From an uncultured Chitinophagaceae bacterium (lineage in GTDB: Bacteria > Bacteroidota > Bacteroidia > Chitinophagales > Chitinophagaceae): 64,000 nucleotides of DNA. A program made the translations under genes and the position numbers. Positions 18,101 through 27,022 of this stretch are shown one piece after another; positions within the stretch are counted from its first letter, which is position 1, and each line of letters opens with the position of its first letter. Where the stretch lies: positions 12,202-76,201 of the forward strand of contig CALKVC010000094.1 in assembly GCA_937996595.1 (NCBI GenBank), given 5' to 3'. The notes under the pieces are model-generated. The model did not search any database, was not told the DNA's origin, and saw only the letters and a list, made by a program, of their open reading frames with translations.

Positions 18101-21100
18101 GTGATCGTTGGTGTGGCAGGATTTGCATTCACTGTAACATTTTTGGCTGCCGAAGTGGCGCTGCAACCAGCCGCGTTAAAAACAGTCACCGTATAACTGC
18201 CCGCGGTGCTTACCATAATAGATTGTGTCGACTGACCGCTTGACCATTGATAAGAAGTGCCCGCACTGGATGTTAATGTTACACTACCCCCCGAACAAAA
18301 GGTCGTGGCACCGGATGCCGTGATCGTTGCCGTTGGAATTGAATTTACAATAACTGTTGTTGGGGATGAAGTTGCACTACACCCATATCCATCCGTTACC
18401 GTTACCGTATAACTACCTGCTGTAGACGCCGTGATGGATTGGGTGGTTTCACCGGTTGACCAGGAATAGGTATAATCAGCATTATACTCCCAAAAATCAT
18501 TAAAGTTTGTCGCACCTCCGCCTGTCCCGATATAAGCCCGGTTGCCTATCGTAAAACCGGTTCCATAGGTACGACCACTGCCTGGGAAATCGGATTTTTG
18601 CAACCAGGTATTGGTTACCGGGTCATATTCCCAGAAATCCTTTCGCCTTGTACCATCATTTCCGGTAACCACATATCCTTTTGATCCTAAACTAAATCCA
18701 ATAGGCGTCAAACGGGCTGTTCCACCAAAATCGCTTCTTTGCAACCAGGCATTTGTTGCCGGATCATATTCCCAAAAATCTTTTTTGGGACTTCCATCAT
18801 TTCCTGTGCCGATATATCCTTTGGAACCAATCGAAAAACCAACGGCATAATACCTTGCCGTACCGCCAAAAACAGACTTCTGTGTCCACGTATTTGTAGC
18901 CGGATCATATTCCCAAAAATCTTTTTTTGGACTTCCATCATTTCCTGTACCTATATATCCTTTACTGCCAATTACAAATCCCACGGCAGCAAATCTGGCT
19001 GTACCCCCAAAATCTGTCTTTTGTGTCCAGGTATTCCCGGCTGGGTCATATTCCCAGAAATCTTTTTTATTTACCCCATCAGAACCAGTACCGATATACC
19101 CTTTACTACCAATTGCAAATCCCACGGCAGCACTTCTGGCTGTACCACCAAAATCCGCTTTTTGAGACCATGCATTGGTGGCTGTGTCATACTCCCAAAA
19201 ATCTTTTCTATTTACCCCATCATATCCTGTGCCGATATACCCTTTTGAGCCAATCGAAAAACCAACGGCAGCATTTCTGGCTGTACCACCAAAATTCGAT
19301 TTCTGTATCCAGTAATAATTTCCCGTTGCTGTAAGGGATACATTCCCTCCTGCGCAAAATGTTGTGGAACCCGATGGCGTGATCGTTGCCGTTGGTAATG
19401 GATTTACAATGATCGTTGTTGGAACTGATGTTGCACTGCAACCATAAACATCCGTTACCGTTACCGTATAACTACCTGCAGTAGACGCAGTGATGGATTG
19501 GGTGGTTTCACCGGATGACCAGGAATAGCTATAGCCAGGATCATACTCCCAATGGTCTCCAAATCGTGACGTTCCATTAAACCCGGTACTAATATACCCT
19601 TTCAAGCCAATAGAAAAACCAACAGCACTATTTCTTGCAGCACCAGGAAAAACAGCCTTTACAACCCAATTATTACTACCCTGGTCATATTCCCAGAAAT
19701 CAGTTTTATACGATCCGTCATATCCTGTTCCTATATATCCTTTGGCATTAATGCCAAAACCAACAGCACCAGAGCGTGAGCTACCGCCAAAGTTTGCTTT
19801 TTGAACCCAGGTATTAGTAGCAGGATTATATTCCCAGAAATCATTGAATGGATTTAGAAACCCAATTTTTCTACCCAACCCGATATATCCTTTTGTTCCG
19901 ATACAAAAACCAACACCGGCATAATTTCCACTTCCCGGGTAATCTGATTTCCGAACCCAGCTATCCAATACCGGGTCATATTCCCAGAAATCATTATAAG
20001 ATCCGGTACCCAAATATCCTTTAGAACCTATGCTGAAACCAACTGCAAGGATAAAACCCAATCCCGGATAATCTGCTTTTTGTATCCAGCTATTTGTTAC
20101 AGTATTATACTCCCAAAAATCCTTTGTTCCACCACCAACATCAGAACCTGTTCCGATATAACCTTTACTTCCAATACTAAAGCCTACTGCATACCTACGT
20201 GCCGTTCCGCCAAAGTCAGCCTTTTGTGTCCATGCGCCTGTGCCAGCATTGTACTGCCAAAAATCTTTTTTGTAACCAGTAGCATCTTCACCTGTGCCTA
20301 TATAACCGAATGTTCCTATACTAAATCCAATGGCACTTGAACGTATCCCGCCGCCTACGTTTGCCTTTTGTGTCCAGGCATTATTGGAACCCGAGGCGTT
20401 CAGCACCAGGTTATCACCCTGGCAAATTGTGTTCTCCCCGTCTGGATTTATCACTGCAGTCGGTGTAATAACACTAATTACAACAGCAGCAGACGTAGCA
20501 TTACAACCCGTTACCGCATTCACAGTAACCGTATAACTGCCAGCCGTAGACGCAGATATGGTTTGTGTGGTTTGCCCGCTCGACCAGCTATAGGTACAGG
20601 CCGGGTAATATTCCCAGAACTGTTTATATAAAGTGGTGCCATTCAGCCCCGTGCCGATATATCCCTTGTCGTCTATTGAAAAGCCCACCGCATACCTGCA
20701 GGCCGGCGCGCCATAATTGGCCCTGACCGTCCAGGTATTGGTCGTTGGATTATACTCATAAAAATCATTGTAATATGACGTCCCATCAAAGCCCGTTCCC
20801 AAAAACCCTTTGGTGCCGATACCAAAACCGGTTGCCGCATACCGCCCGGCGCCTGGAAAATCCAGCTTGGCTGCCCAGGTATTGGTGGCCGGATTGTATT
20901 CGTAAAAATCTGTTTCGTTGAGAATGGTAGAAACAGACCCGGTGCCGATATACCCTTTGGTGCCCACTGCAAAGCCCACAGCACTGTGCCGGGAAGCGCC
21001 TGTAAAAGCGGCTTTGCTGGTCCAGGCATTGGTGGCCGGGTCATACTCCCTGAAATCGGTGTATCGGGTAGTACCATCCCAGCCGGTGCCAATATAGCCT

Positions 21101-21612
21101 TTGGCTCCGATACTGAATCCAGCAGCAAAATAACGGCTCGAGCCGGTGAAAGCTGTTTTTGATGTCCATACATTGGTGGCCGGATTGTATTCCCAGAAAT
21201 CAGTGTACGTTACCGCCCCATTCCGCCCGGTGCCCACATACCCCTTCGTACCAATGCCGAAGCCCACCGCACCCCAGCGAAGGCCTCCGCCAAAATCTGC
21301 CTTCTGCGACCAGGTATCATTGACCGGGTCGTATTCCCAGAAATCACTGTAAGCAGTTGCAGAAATATTCCTTCCCGTACCGATGTACCCTTTTGTTCCA
21401 ACACTAAACCCTACGGCATTTTGTCTTTCTAACCCGGTAAGATCAGTCATCTTCGTCCACACATTACCGGGAGGTGCGGTGAGGGTTACACTGTTTCCCT
21501 CGCAGATATTTACCGGTCCGGGAGGGCTGATGGTAGCATCAGGCGAACATTGTGCAAATGTGCCCAGGGCCATTACAAAATGAAAGAATAATATTAATGT
21601 AATTCTATTCAT
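15115..21612 (-). CDS. giant secreted Kelch-like multi-propeller protein with Ig-like linker modules and a truncated T9SS sorting domain
   Basis: It has a signal peptide (MNRITLILFFHFVMALGTFAQC). I count 24 D-F-W-E-Y-D-P-x-x-N-x-W / G-F-S-I-G-x-K-G-Y-I-G-T-G units in four sets of six, each set closed by a YSWSxGxTTQSI..AGSYTVTV..GCSATS module. The C-terminus IAVYPNPVVDQKIYIRF... is T9SS CTD-like. The ATG at 21612 is preferred over the TTG at 21615. Confidence 0.9.
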   Translation of the reverse strand: MNRITLILFFHFVMALGTFAQCSPDATISPPGPVNICEGNSVTLTAPPGNVWTKMTDLTGLERQNAVGFSVGTKGYIGTGRNISATAYSDFWEYDPVNDTWSQKADFGGGLRWGAVGFGIGTKGYVGTGRNGAVTYTDFWEYNPATNVWTSKTAFTGSSRYFAAGFSIGAKGYIGTGWDGTTRYTDFREYDPATNAWTSKAAFTGASRHSAVGFAVGTKGYIGTGSVSTILNETDFYEYNPATNTWAAKLDFPGAGRYAATGFGIGTKGFLGTGFDGTSYYNDFYEYNPTTNTWTVRANYGAPACRYAVGFSIDDKGYIGTGLNGTTLYKQFWEYYPACTYSWSSGQTTQTISASTAGSYTVTVNAVTGCNATSAAVVISVITPTAVINPDGENTICQGDNLVLNASGSNNAWTQKANVGGGIRSSAIGFSIGTFGYIGTGEDATGYKKDFWQYNAGTGAWTQKADFGGTARRYAVGFSIGSKGYIGTGSDVGGGTKDFWEYNTVTNSWIQKADYPGLGFILAVGFSIGSKGYLGTGSYNDFWEYDPVLDSWVRKSDYPGSGNYAGVGFCIGTKGYIGLGRKIGFLNPFNDFWEYNPATNTWVQKANFGGSSRSGAVGFGINAKGYIGTGYDGSYKTDFWEYDQGSNNWVVKAVFPGAARNSAVGFSIGLKGYISTGFNGTSRFGDHWEYDPGYSYSWSSGETTQSITASTAGSYTVTVTDVYGCSATSVPTTIIVNPLPTATITPSGSTTFCAGGNVSLTATGNYYWIQKSNFGGTARNAAVGFSIGSKGYIGTGYDGVNRKDFWEYDTATNAWSQKADFGGTARSAAVGFAIGSKGYIGTGSDGVNKKDFWEYDPAGNTWTQKTDFGGTARFAAVGFVIGSKGYIGTGNDGSPKKDFWEYDPATNTWTQKSVFGGTARYYAVGFSIGSKGYIGTGNDGSPKKDFWEYDPATNAWLQRSDFGGTARLTPIGFSLGSKGYVVTGNDGTRRKDFWEYDPVTNTWLQKSDFPGSGRTYGTGFTIGNRAYIGTGGGATNFNDFWEYNADYTYSWSTGETTQSITASTAGSYTVTVTDGYGCSATSSPTTVIVNSIPTATITASGATTFCSGGSVTLTSSAGTSYQWSSGQSTQSIMVSTAGSYTVTVFNAAGCSATSAAKNVTVNANPATPTITPSGPTTFCSGGSVSLTAFVGNTWTQKADFGINGNGVIFAVGFSIGSKGYVGTGFDALSFKKDFWEYDSIGNTWTQKADFGGTARRLAVGFSIGSKGYVGTGIEGVFLKKDFWVYDPVGNTWTQKADFGGTARCNAVGFSIGSKGYIGTGNDGTRKKDFWEYDPVSNSWVQKADFGGTARDNAVGFSIGNKGYIGTGLALSLKKDFWEYDPVSNSWVQQTDFGGTARQDAVGFSIGSKGYIGTGNDGTRKKDFWEYDPVSNSWVQKADFGGTAREGAAGFSIGSKGYIGTGYDGVYTRDFWEYGPGCTYSWSTGETTQSITASTAGSYTVTVTDGHGCSATSAATVVNLNSTNTWTGGGTNNWSTGSNWTCGIPPNHPQIDAVILNNAVPMPLLSSNVQVRDLALNGNATVDINGNTLTINRAITGSGTLKGSASSNLTLNGDAGTLLFATSAAILKDLYIADTASATLGTALSIAAGASPGTVTVNTNAVLNTGGNLTLKSDVNGTSRIGAISGSIIGDVTVERYIHTGITGGAHTKTWQFLATPTTGQTIRQAWQENGTTPAGFGTIITGTGTGFDITTALPSLKFFNDAAVNWTAVTNTNTSLQNKLGYMLFVRGDRTVTTSGAAPNNTVLRSTGTLFQPGNPPASVTVAANKFQTFGNPYASRIEFSKVLAISTGINDVFYVWDPKLAGNYNVGGYQTITGLAGYIPTVGTPPTGNPATDFYPAGVPAPFIESGQAVFVKGNGTGGSVNFNETVKANGSRLVNRPGSVNNNLANRGFIFASLFTNTGIIADGNIVAFQDGLGNEVNENDALKIMNGGENFGIKRSDSILAVEARNEVMKHDTIFYYLQNLKKQLYEFRFAPLNMRNGGLHAYLVDRFKFTSSEVSMTDSSFISFSVTEDAGSQASDRFIMVFKKTKKAPYKTNPLYAEQEKGFNFNNAKLQVKPGDPSIAVYPNPVVDQKIYIRFSNQPKGIYRFELSNKLGQVVYNGIMY
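17170..21470 (-). repeat. coding tandem repeats (~138-147 nt units) of the propeller blades
   Basis: One example is ttgaacccaggaatt.ga.acaggatcatattcccaaaaatc, which recurs near 17311, 17449 and 17590. The protein string KKDFWEYDPVSNSWVQ occurs three times. Confidence 0.85.
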
Positions 21613-21615
21613 CAA

Positions 21616-21999
21616 TCATTTGATGGCTTTCAGTTTTTTCATTTCATTTATCGATACCGTTGGAGGCATTTCTCCTTTCTTTATTTTTTCTATAACAAGC
21701 TTTGCAATTTTTTCAGCTGCAACTTTCGTTTTAAACCCTTCATTGCCCGGCATAGCAGGTATGCTGTTCTGGTGTATCATTAGTTTGCCATCCGCATATA
21801 TATCATAAGCAAATGTGTTGTTTACCGCAACGATGATCTTGTAAGTAAGTTTTGTATTGCTGAATTGTGAAGCTTTTGGAAACTGGATCTCTTTTTCTTC
21901 CTGGTTACTTTTTGGTGCTGACTGGGCATGTACAAAATTTGAAATAAGCACAAAGCCCAGGCTTATTCCAATACATTTTATTGCAGGTTGCATATTCAT
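21616..21999 (-). CDS. small secreted protein, DUF4907-like
   Basis: I prefer the start at MNMQPAIKCIGISLGFVLISNFVHAQ (signal peptide). The mature part YKIIVAVNNTFAYDIYADGKLMIHQNSIPAMPGNEGF matches my recollection of DUF4907. Its stop lies 3 nt upstream of the giant gene's ATG. Confidence 0.65.
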   Translation of the reverse strand: MNMQPAIKCIGISLGFVLISNFVHAQSAPKSNQEEKEIQFPKASQFSNTKLTYKIIVAVNNTFAYDIYADGKLMIHQNSIPAMPGNEGFKTKVAAEKIAKLVIEKIKKGEMPPTVSINEMKKLKAIK

Positions 22000-22161
22000 C
22001 TTACCATTATTATACAGGTGTAAAGGCTTAGCAGAAAGTAGTTCTATAAATATTGGAAAATCACCCGGGTTATGTTTACCCGGAAAATGAGTATAAATAT
22101 TACTCAAATACTGCATAAAGCCAATACGTAATTGTGCGTACCTTTTTCGGGCTCCAAGTAC

Positions 22162-23469
22162 TTATATTGGGATGATAATCAATACGATAGCTCCATTATC
22201 ATTTGAAATTTTGATGGAACCGTTCATTTCAGCTACTCTTTTGTGAAGGTTCTTCAGCCCGTTACCCAGCCGCAGGCCGGCATGGTTCTCATTCTCAGGA
22301 ATGCCGATGCCATTGTCGGCGATCTTAATTTGCAGGTTTTTATGGGCAGTGCTGATATCAATAGTAAGTATGCTGGCTTTGGCATGCTTCAACACATTAT
22401 GCAGGATCTCTTTGATACAAAGAAAGAGGTTTTTACGCTGGGCTGCATTCAGGATGATTTTTCTTCCTGCTGCTTCATCAAATTGAAATCGGGATTCAAT
22501 ACCGGTATCTTCAAAAAAGTTCACGGCATATTGATGAACATATTCATAAAAACTGGATAAGGATTTATTCTCTTCGTCCAATGCCCAGATCAGGGTCTTC
22601 ATCTTCTGATTTAATTCATTGGCGGTTTCGCTGATTTTCTGTGCATACTTTTCCGGTTCCTTTAATTTATCCTTTTGCTGAACCAGCAGGTCGCTGATGA
22701 TACGGATACTGCTTAGGCTTCCACCCATATCATCGTGCAGGTCGCTGATGATCCTTTCCCTTTCTTTGATGATCACAAATTGTTTATCCAGTTCCAGTTT
22801 CTTTTTTTCCTTTTCTATCATTTTAGATTTGAGCAGCAACCCGTAATTCAGAAAAAGGAATTCAAGTGTAGTGCCCACAATATGGTATTGCATGTAATAC
22901 AATCCGCTTTTTTTATGATCCGAAAGCAACATGTCCACCAGGCAGGCCGTACCGAAAGCCAGCGCGCAAAAACTGCCCGATACCAGTATGCGGTTTAAAA
23001 CAATATTCTTCATTGCCAGGAGGCCAATGACATAAAAAGCAAAAAGCACAATCGCAAAAACAAAATATTTTACAATATCATCGGAAAAATAATAGCCTCC
23101 ATAAAAATAACTGGTTACCATGTCGATGGAACCAAAAATAATCATACCGGTCTCAAGCCGGGTGGCAATTAAATTGATCCTTGGATACAATGATTCCATG
23201 CTGCAGAAATTGCGGCCGAAACGGAAATAAAAGGCAACGAGGTAAAACCACAAACCCCTGCTAAGTGTGAATTTTTCAATATCTGTGATGGTGTTTTTAA
23301 GGGGGTTGAGGTAAGGATCGGCCTGGAAGATCAGGAAAACAGATATAGAAAGGGTATATAAAAGATAGTACACCAGTTCTTTTCTCCGGAATATGAACAA
23401 CTGGTAAATAATGAAAAGTACCTGTATGAAAACTACCCCGATAAAACTATATAGTAAAGCAAATTCCAA
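22162..23469 (-). CDS. sensor histidine kinase (multi-TM N-terminus, HisKA_3 + HATPase_c)
   Basis: 435 aa with about seven N-terminal TM helices, an H-box (ERERIISDLHDDMGGSL), and N and G boxes (HNVLKHA, DNGIGI). Confidence 0.85.
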   Translation of the reverse strand: MEFALLYSFIGVVFIQVLFIIYQLFIFRRKELVYYLLYTLSISVFLIFQADPYLNPLKNTITDIEKFTLSRGLWFYLVAFYFRFGRNFCSMESLYPRINLIATRLETGMIIFGSIDMVTSYFYGGYYFSDDIVKYFVFAIVLFAFYVIGLLAMKNIVLNRILVSGSFCALAFGTACLVDMLLSDHKKSGLYYMQYHIVGTTLEFLFLNYGLLLKSKMIEKEKKKLELDKQFVIIKERERIISDLHDDMGGSLSSIRIISDLLVQQKDKLKEPEKYAQKISETANELNQKMKTLIWALDEENKSLSSFYEYVHQYAVNFFEDTGIESRFQFDEAAGRKIILNAAQRKNLFLCIKEILHNVLKHAKASILTIDISTAHKNLQIKIADNGIGIPENENHAGLRLGNGLKNLHKRVAEMNGSIKISNDNGAIVLIIIPI

Positions 23470-23519
23470 GCAACGTCAGTTTGGTTCAAAAACAGGTTGG
23501 AAAATATGTATAATGTACC

Positions 23520-24155
23520 TTATCCTTTCAAATATAAATTCAACGCCTCAACCCTTGTATTCACCTGTAATTTTTCATAAATATGCTGTACATGTTTTCT
23601 AACTGTACCCTGGCTGATCTGCAGGTGGTCTGCAACCTCTTTATTCATCATCCCTTTAGATAATGCTTCCAGCACTTCTTTCTCACGTTCTGTTAATACC
23701 TGTAATTGCTTTTTTTCAACTTCAATTGTTTTAAAACTTGCCACTACTTTCCTGGCAATTGAACTGCTCATCGGACTGCCTCCTTTCATCATATCAGTCA
23801 GGGCTGCCAAAATCTTCGCCGGTCCCTCTGATTTTAAAATATAACCGCTGGCACCCGCTTTCAAACTATTGAATATTTTATCATTGTCTTCATAGGATGT
23901 ACACATCAGGAACAGCATTTTAGGAAACTTATCCTTCAATTGCAGTACACAATCAATACCGCTCATTCCGGGAAGATTGATATCCATCAATACAGCATCA
24001 GGTTCAATAGATGGTATTTCTTCCAGTGCCGTTTCTGCATTACCGAAACTGCCACCTAATATATACTGATCTGAAAGATCTATCATCAATGACAAAGCTT
24101 CCCGGAGCTCATCTTTATCCTCAACAATGCATATCACTTTGTCTGCGGCTGTCAT
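23520..24155 (-). CDS. LuxR/NarL family response regulator
   Basis: 211 aa with a receiver domain (VLMDINLPGMSG) and a C-terminal LuxR HTH (LTEREKEVLEALSKGMMNKEVADHLQISQGTVRKHVQHIYEKL). Confidence 0.9.
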   Translation of the reverse strand: MTAADKVICIVEDKDELREALSLMIDLSDQYILGGSFGNAETALEEIPSIEPDAVLMDINLPGMSGIDCVLQLKDKFPKMLFLMCTSYEDNDKIFNSLKAGASGYILKSEGPAKILAALTDMMKGGSPMSSSIARKVVASFKTIEVEKKQLQVLTEREKEVLEALSKGMMNKEVADHLQISQGTVRKHVQHIYEKLQVNTRVEALNLYLKG

Positions 24156-24400
24156 ATAGTAAATATAATTGCTTTCCTGAAAAAATAAATACGCATTTGT
24201 GCGTAGTGAGGGAAAAACAATGATCCAGCATTGCCGGCTGAAGGGTTAGAAAAAAGAATGGAGATTATATCATGCAAGATTGTCAAACATTCCATTGAAT
24301 ATTCATTGTTCCCTGATCATTTTTGATTGTTAACCATTGCCGATAACAAGTAGCTGCAATCTTTCCTCATCACCCCATGTTTTATTTATATTTGCCCCCC

Positions 24401-25096
24401 ATGGCTCAAAAAAAATTACTTCGTTTTGCCCAGATCAAAACATTTGCCAATGTACTGGAGTACCCGCAAAACATGCAGGGTGAATGGAAGCATTTCTTTA
24501 AAAATGAAAACCCCGTCATCCTGGAACTGGCCTGCGGAAGGGGCGAATATACCGTTGGGCTTGCCACACTTTATCCGGATAAGAACTTTACAGGCATTGA
24601 TATTAAAGGCAACCGCATGTATATCGGCGCCAAAAAAGCCCTGGACCATCAACTGGTCAACGCCGCTTTCCTGCGCACGCAGATTGAAAAGATCACCGAT
24701 TATTTCGCCCAGGGTGAAGTGTCGGAAATATGGATCACCTTCCCCGACCCGCAACTAAGAACATCCAAAGCCAAAAAAAGGCTCACCCACCCCCGCTTCC
24801 TGAGGCTCTACAGGCAAATATTGAAAACGGGCGGGCCCATTCACCTGAAAACAGATTCACCACAGTTGTACACATTTACTAAAAAAGTGATTGAACTTTA
24901 TGGGCTCAAACTTGTTGAGGATTCAGATGATGTATATGCAAATCTCCCGGTGAAGGATGAGCTTACAATAAAAACACATTATGAAAGCCTTGATATTGCA
25001 CAAAGCAAAAAGATACATTACCTCCAATTCACATTACCATCCGTGTTACCGGATCTTGATGAACAATTAAAAGAAATGATCGCACATGATGAATAA
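24401..25096 (+). CDS. trmB: tRNA (guanine-N7)-methyltransferase
   Basis: MAQKKLLRFAQIK...ILELACGRGEYTVGLA...DIKGNR...ITFPDPQ is a typical TrmB layout. I prefer the start at the second Met. Confidence 0.85.
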   Translation: MAQKKLLRFAQIKTFANVLEYPQNMQGEWKHFFKNENPVILELACGRGEYTVGLATLYPDKNFTGIDIKGNRMYIGAKKALDHQLVNAAFLRTQIEKITDYFAQGEVSEIWITFPDPQLRTSKAKKRLTHPRFLRLYRQILKTGGPIHLKTDSPQLYTFTKKVIELYGLKLVEDSDDVYANLPVKDELTIKTHYESLDIAQSKKIHYLQFTLPSVLPDLDEQLKEMIAHDE

Positions 25097-25295
25097 TCAC
25101 CTGGCAGAAGGGGAAGATTACTATTTTAATGAGGAAGGCTATATTGTACTGACCGAAAAGTATCATTTGGAAAAAGGCTACTGCTGCGGAAACGGTTGTA
25201 AACATTGCCCATTTAGCTATGAAGCCGTTCCCGAGCCGCAACGCAGTAAATTATTATCTTTACGCTGCCATGAAGAAGCAGTTAAAAAAACCTGA
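25086..25295 (+). CDS. small Cys-rich protein (DUF5522-like)
   Basis: 69 aa with GYCCGNGCKHCPF. It overlaps both neighbours by a few codons. Confidence 0.5.
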   Translation: MMNNHLAEGEDYYFNEEGYIVLTEKYHLEKGYCCGNGCKHCPFSYEAVPEPQRSKLLSLRCHEEAVKKT

Positions 25296-25662
25296 CAGGT
25301 TGTTGAAAAAAGCGCCGGTTACCGGTGCTAAAGAATACAGTTTTTTCCAGGATGTTTATGATGTGGTAAGGCAGGTTCCCAAAGGAAGGGTTACCACGTA
25401 CGGTGCCATTGCCGCTTACCTGGGTACCAAACTAAGCGCACGCATGGTTGGCTGGGCTATGAACGCAGCCCATCACGCCAAACCGGCCGTACCTGCTCAA
25501 CGCGTGGTGAACCGAAACGGTATGCTTACCGGTAAAAACCACTTTTCAACCCCTACCATGATGGAAGAATTATTAAAAAAGGAAAAGGTTTCGGTTAAAA
25601 ATGATACCGTGGTGGATTTTGAAAAATTATTCTGGGATCCTGCAACAAATTTAAGCCTGTAA
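25270..25662 (+). CDS. MGMT-family DNA-binding protein without the acceptor Cys (alkyltransferase-like)
   Basis: VPKGRVTTYGAIAAYLG...VPAQRVVNRNG. The position of the canonical PCHRV cysteine reads PAQRV. I prefer the start at MKKQLKK. Confidence 0.75.
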   Translation: MKKQLKKPDRLLKKAPVTGAKEYSFFQDVYDVVRQVPKGRVTTYGAIAAYLGTKLSARMVGWAMNAAHHAKPAVPAQRVVNRNGMLTGKNHFSTPTMMEELLKKEKVSVKNDTVVDFEKLFWDPATNLSL

Positions 25663-25707
25663 TATCTTGCCTGTTCAGCCATCCCTTTACCCCGATAACA
25701 CAAACCA

Positions 25708-26439
25708 GTGAAAACAGCAACCGGAAAAATAACATTCATCCATCATGATAAAAACAGGGCTGTAATAGAATACCTGGATAACAACCGGAAAAAAACCATC
25801 CAGGCAAGCCTTGATCTGATAACAACAGGAGAACCCAAAACTGGAAAGAAAACACACCGTTTCCTCATGGGAGACCAGGTATCGTTTACCATTAAAAAAA
25901 CCGGCGCCAATGGCAGTATACAATATGCCGAAAACCTTACATACCTGTACAATACTGCGCTGGAATTACTGATCAACAGGGCCCGGTTTAACAATAAACT
26001 GCTCGGCTATATCAAGATAACCGATGATAAATATTATATAAAGGAAATAGAAAGCTACCTGTTTTTCCCACTCAGCCTTTCGTTTTATGAAATTCCACCT
26101 GATGAAAAGGAAACAGATCAACCTGTTTACTTTAAACTGGATAACCTTGACAAACCGGATAAGCTTACCGCCGTGCTGTATAATCATACATATATACCGG
26201 AATACCTTACGGCGATACATCATTTTAAAAAACAAACTATAATAGAGGCCAGGGTGTATAACTTAACTGCTTTCGGCGTCTATGTACACCTGGTTGGCGA
26301 TACATTGCAGGCAAAAATACCCATTGACGAATCGCTTCAGAAAAAGATAGATGATAAATCCATTGAAGTAAATTCCGTTATACCTGTAAAAATTAGACAC
26401 CTCACTTCAACGAGGATTGTGGTAGAACCTGCTTTATAA
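25708..26439 (+). CDS. hypothetical protein with OB-fold-like ends (CSD-like N-terminus, S1-like C-terminus)
   Basis: 243 aa. The N-terminus is GKITFIHHDKNRAVIEY. The C-terminus EARVYNLTAFGVYVHLVGDTLQAKIP resembles an S1 domain. Confidence 0.55.
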   Translation: MKTATGKITFIHHDKNRAVIEYLDNNRKKTIQASLDLITTGEPKTGKKTHRFLMGDQVSFTIKKTGANGSIQYAENLTYLYNTALELLINRARFNNKLLGYIKITDDKYYIKEIESYLFFPLSLSFYEIPPDEKETDQPVYFKLDNLDKPDKLTAVLYNHTYIPEYLTAIHHFKKQTIIEARVYNLTAFGVYVHLVGDTLQAKIPIDESLQKKIDDKSIEVNSVIPVKIRHLTSTRIVVEPAL

Positions 26440-26497
26440 TTTGTATACACCCGATTAGGGTTAGCTAACAACCAATCTGTTTCATAATACCGGAAGA

Positions 26498-26956
26498 TTA
26501 TACAGCAAATTGGGTCAGGTGGTGGTTGAGGTGCTTATAAAACATCGTATTCCATTCCTTTGCCGTCATGGCCCCGAATGAAAAATTTTCTTTACCCTCA
26601 AAAAAACCTTTTCCCAATTGCTGTGCTTTACGGATGTTTTCGATGAGTTTATTTTTTTCGGTTTCAAAGTTCTTTGATTCAGTCATAATAAACTCGGGGG
26701 CCGTTCTGCCGTTTCTCTGATAGGGTTTTTCGCTTGTAACTATCTTTTTTATGAATGTGCGCAGCAGGAATTTCTTAAACGCATTAGGCCGTTTAAATTG
26801 TTCGGGTTCAAACGTATACCTGTAGGTAACATTACAATGTGCCAGCATTTGCCCAGCATTCATTTTTCCCCACTGCGGCCTGGTTGTTGGCGTAAGCCGG
26901 TTGATGCGGCTGATGATTTCCTCTGAAACCTGTTTGTCAAAAATATTTTTTATCAT
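26498..26956 (-). CDS. DinB-like / DUF1569 family protein
   Basis: 152 aa. RPQWGKMNAGQMLAHC...HHLTQF fits the four-helix DinB-like pattern. Confidence 0.6.
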   Translation of the reverse strand: MIKNIFDKQVSEEIISRINRLTPTTRPQWGKMNAGQMLAHCNVTYRYTFEPEQFKRPNAFKKFLLRTFIKKIVTSEKPYQRNGRTAPEFIMTESKNFETEKNKLIENIRKAQQLGKGFFEGKENFSFGAMTAKEWNTMFYKHLNHHLTQFAV

Positions 26957-27022
26957 ATTTCCGTGTTTAGCTGTTTATGAAAATCGATTTATGTTTCTGC
27001 CTGTTACAAACGGAATTAGCTA

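Noticed and set aside
16550-20631. Many plus-strand ORFs of 60-170 aa (e.g. 16550-16975, 18739-19248, 18927-19334, 20080-20340)
   Set aside because: These are antisense shadow ORFs of the giant minus-strand gene. Their translations are low-complexity and repeat with the same period as the real gene.
15115-21612. Regularly spaced ~140-bp repeats that could superficially suggest a CRISPR-like or satellite array
   Set aside because: They lie inside one long open reading frame and translate into Kelch-like blade units. There is no short-repeat/unique-spacer organisation.
21999-22116. Upstream 39 codons of the track ORF for the DUF4907-like gene
   Set aside because: A signal peptide begins at the internal MNMQ, and the extension has no features of a secreted protein N-terminus.
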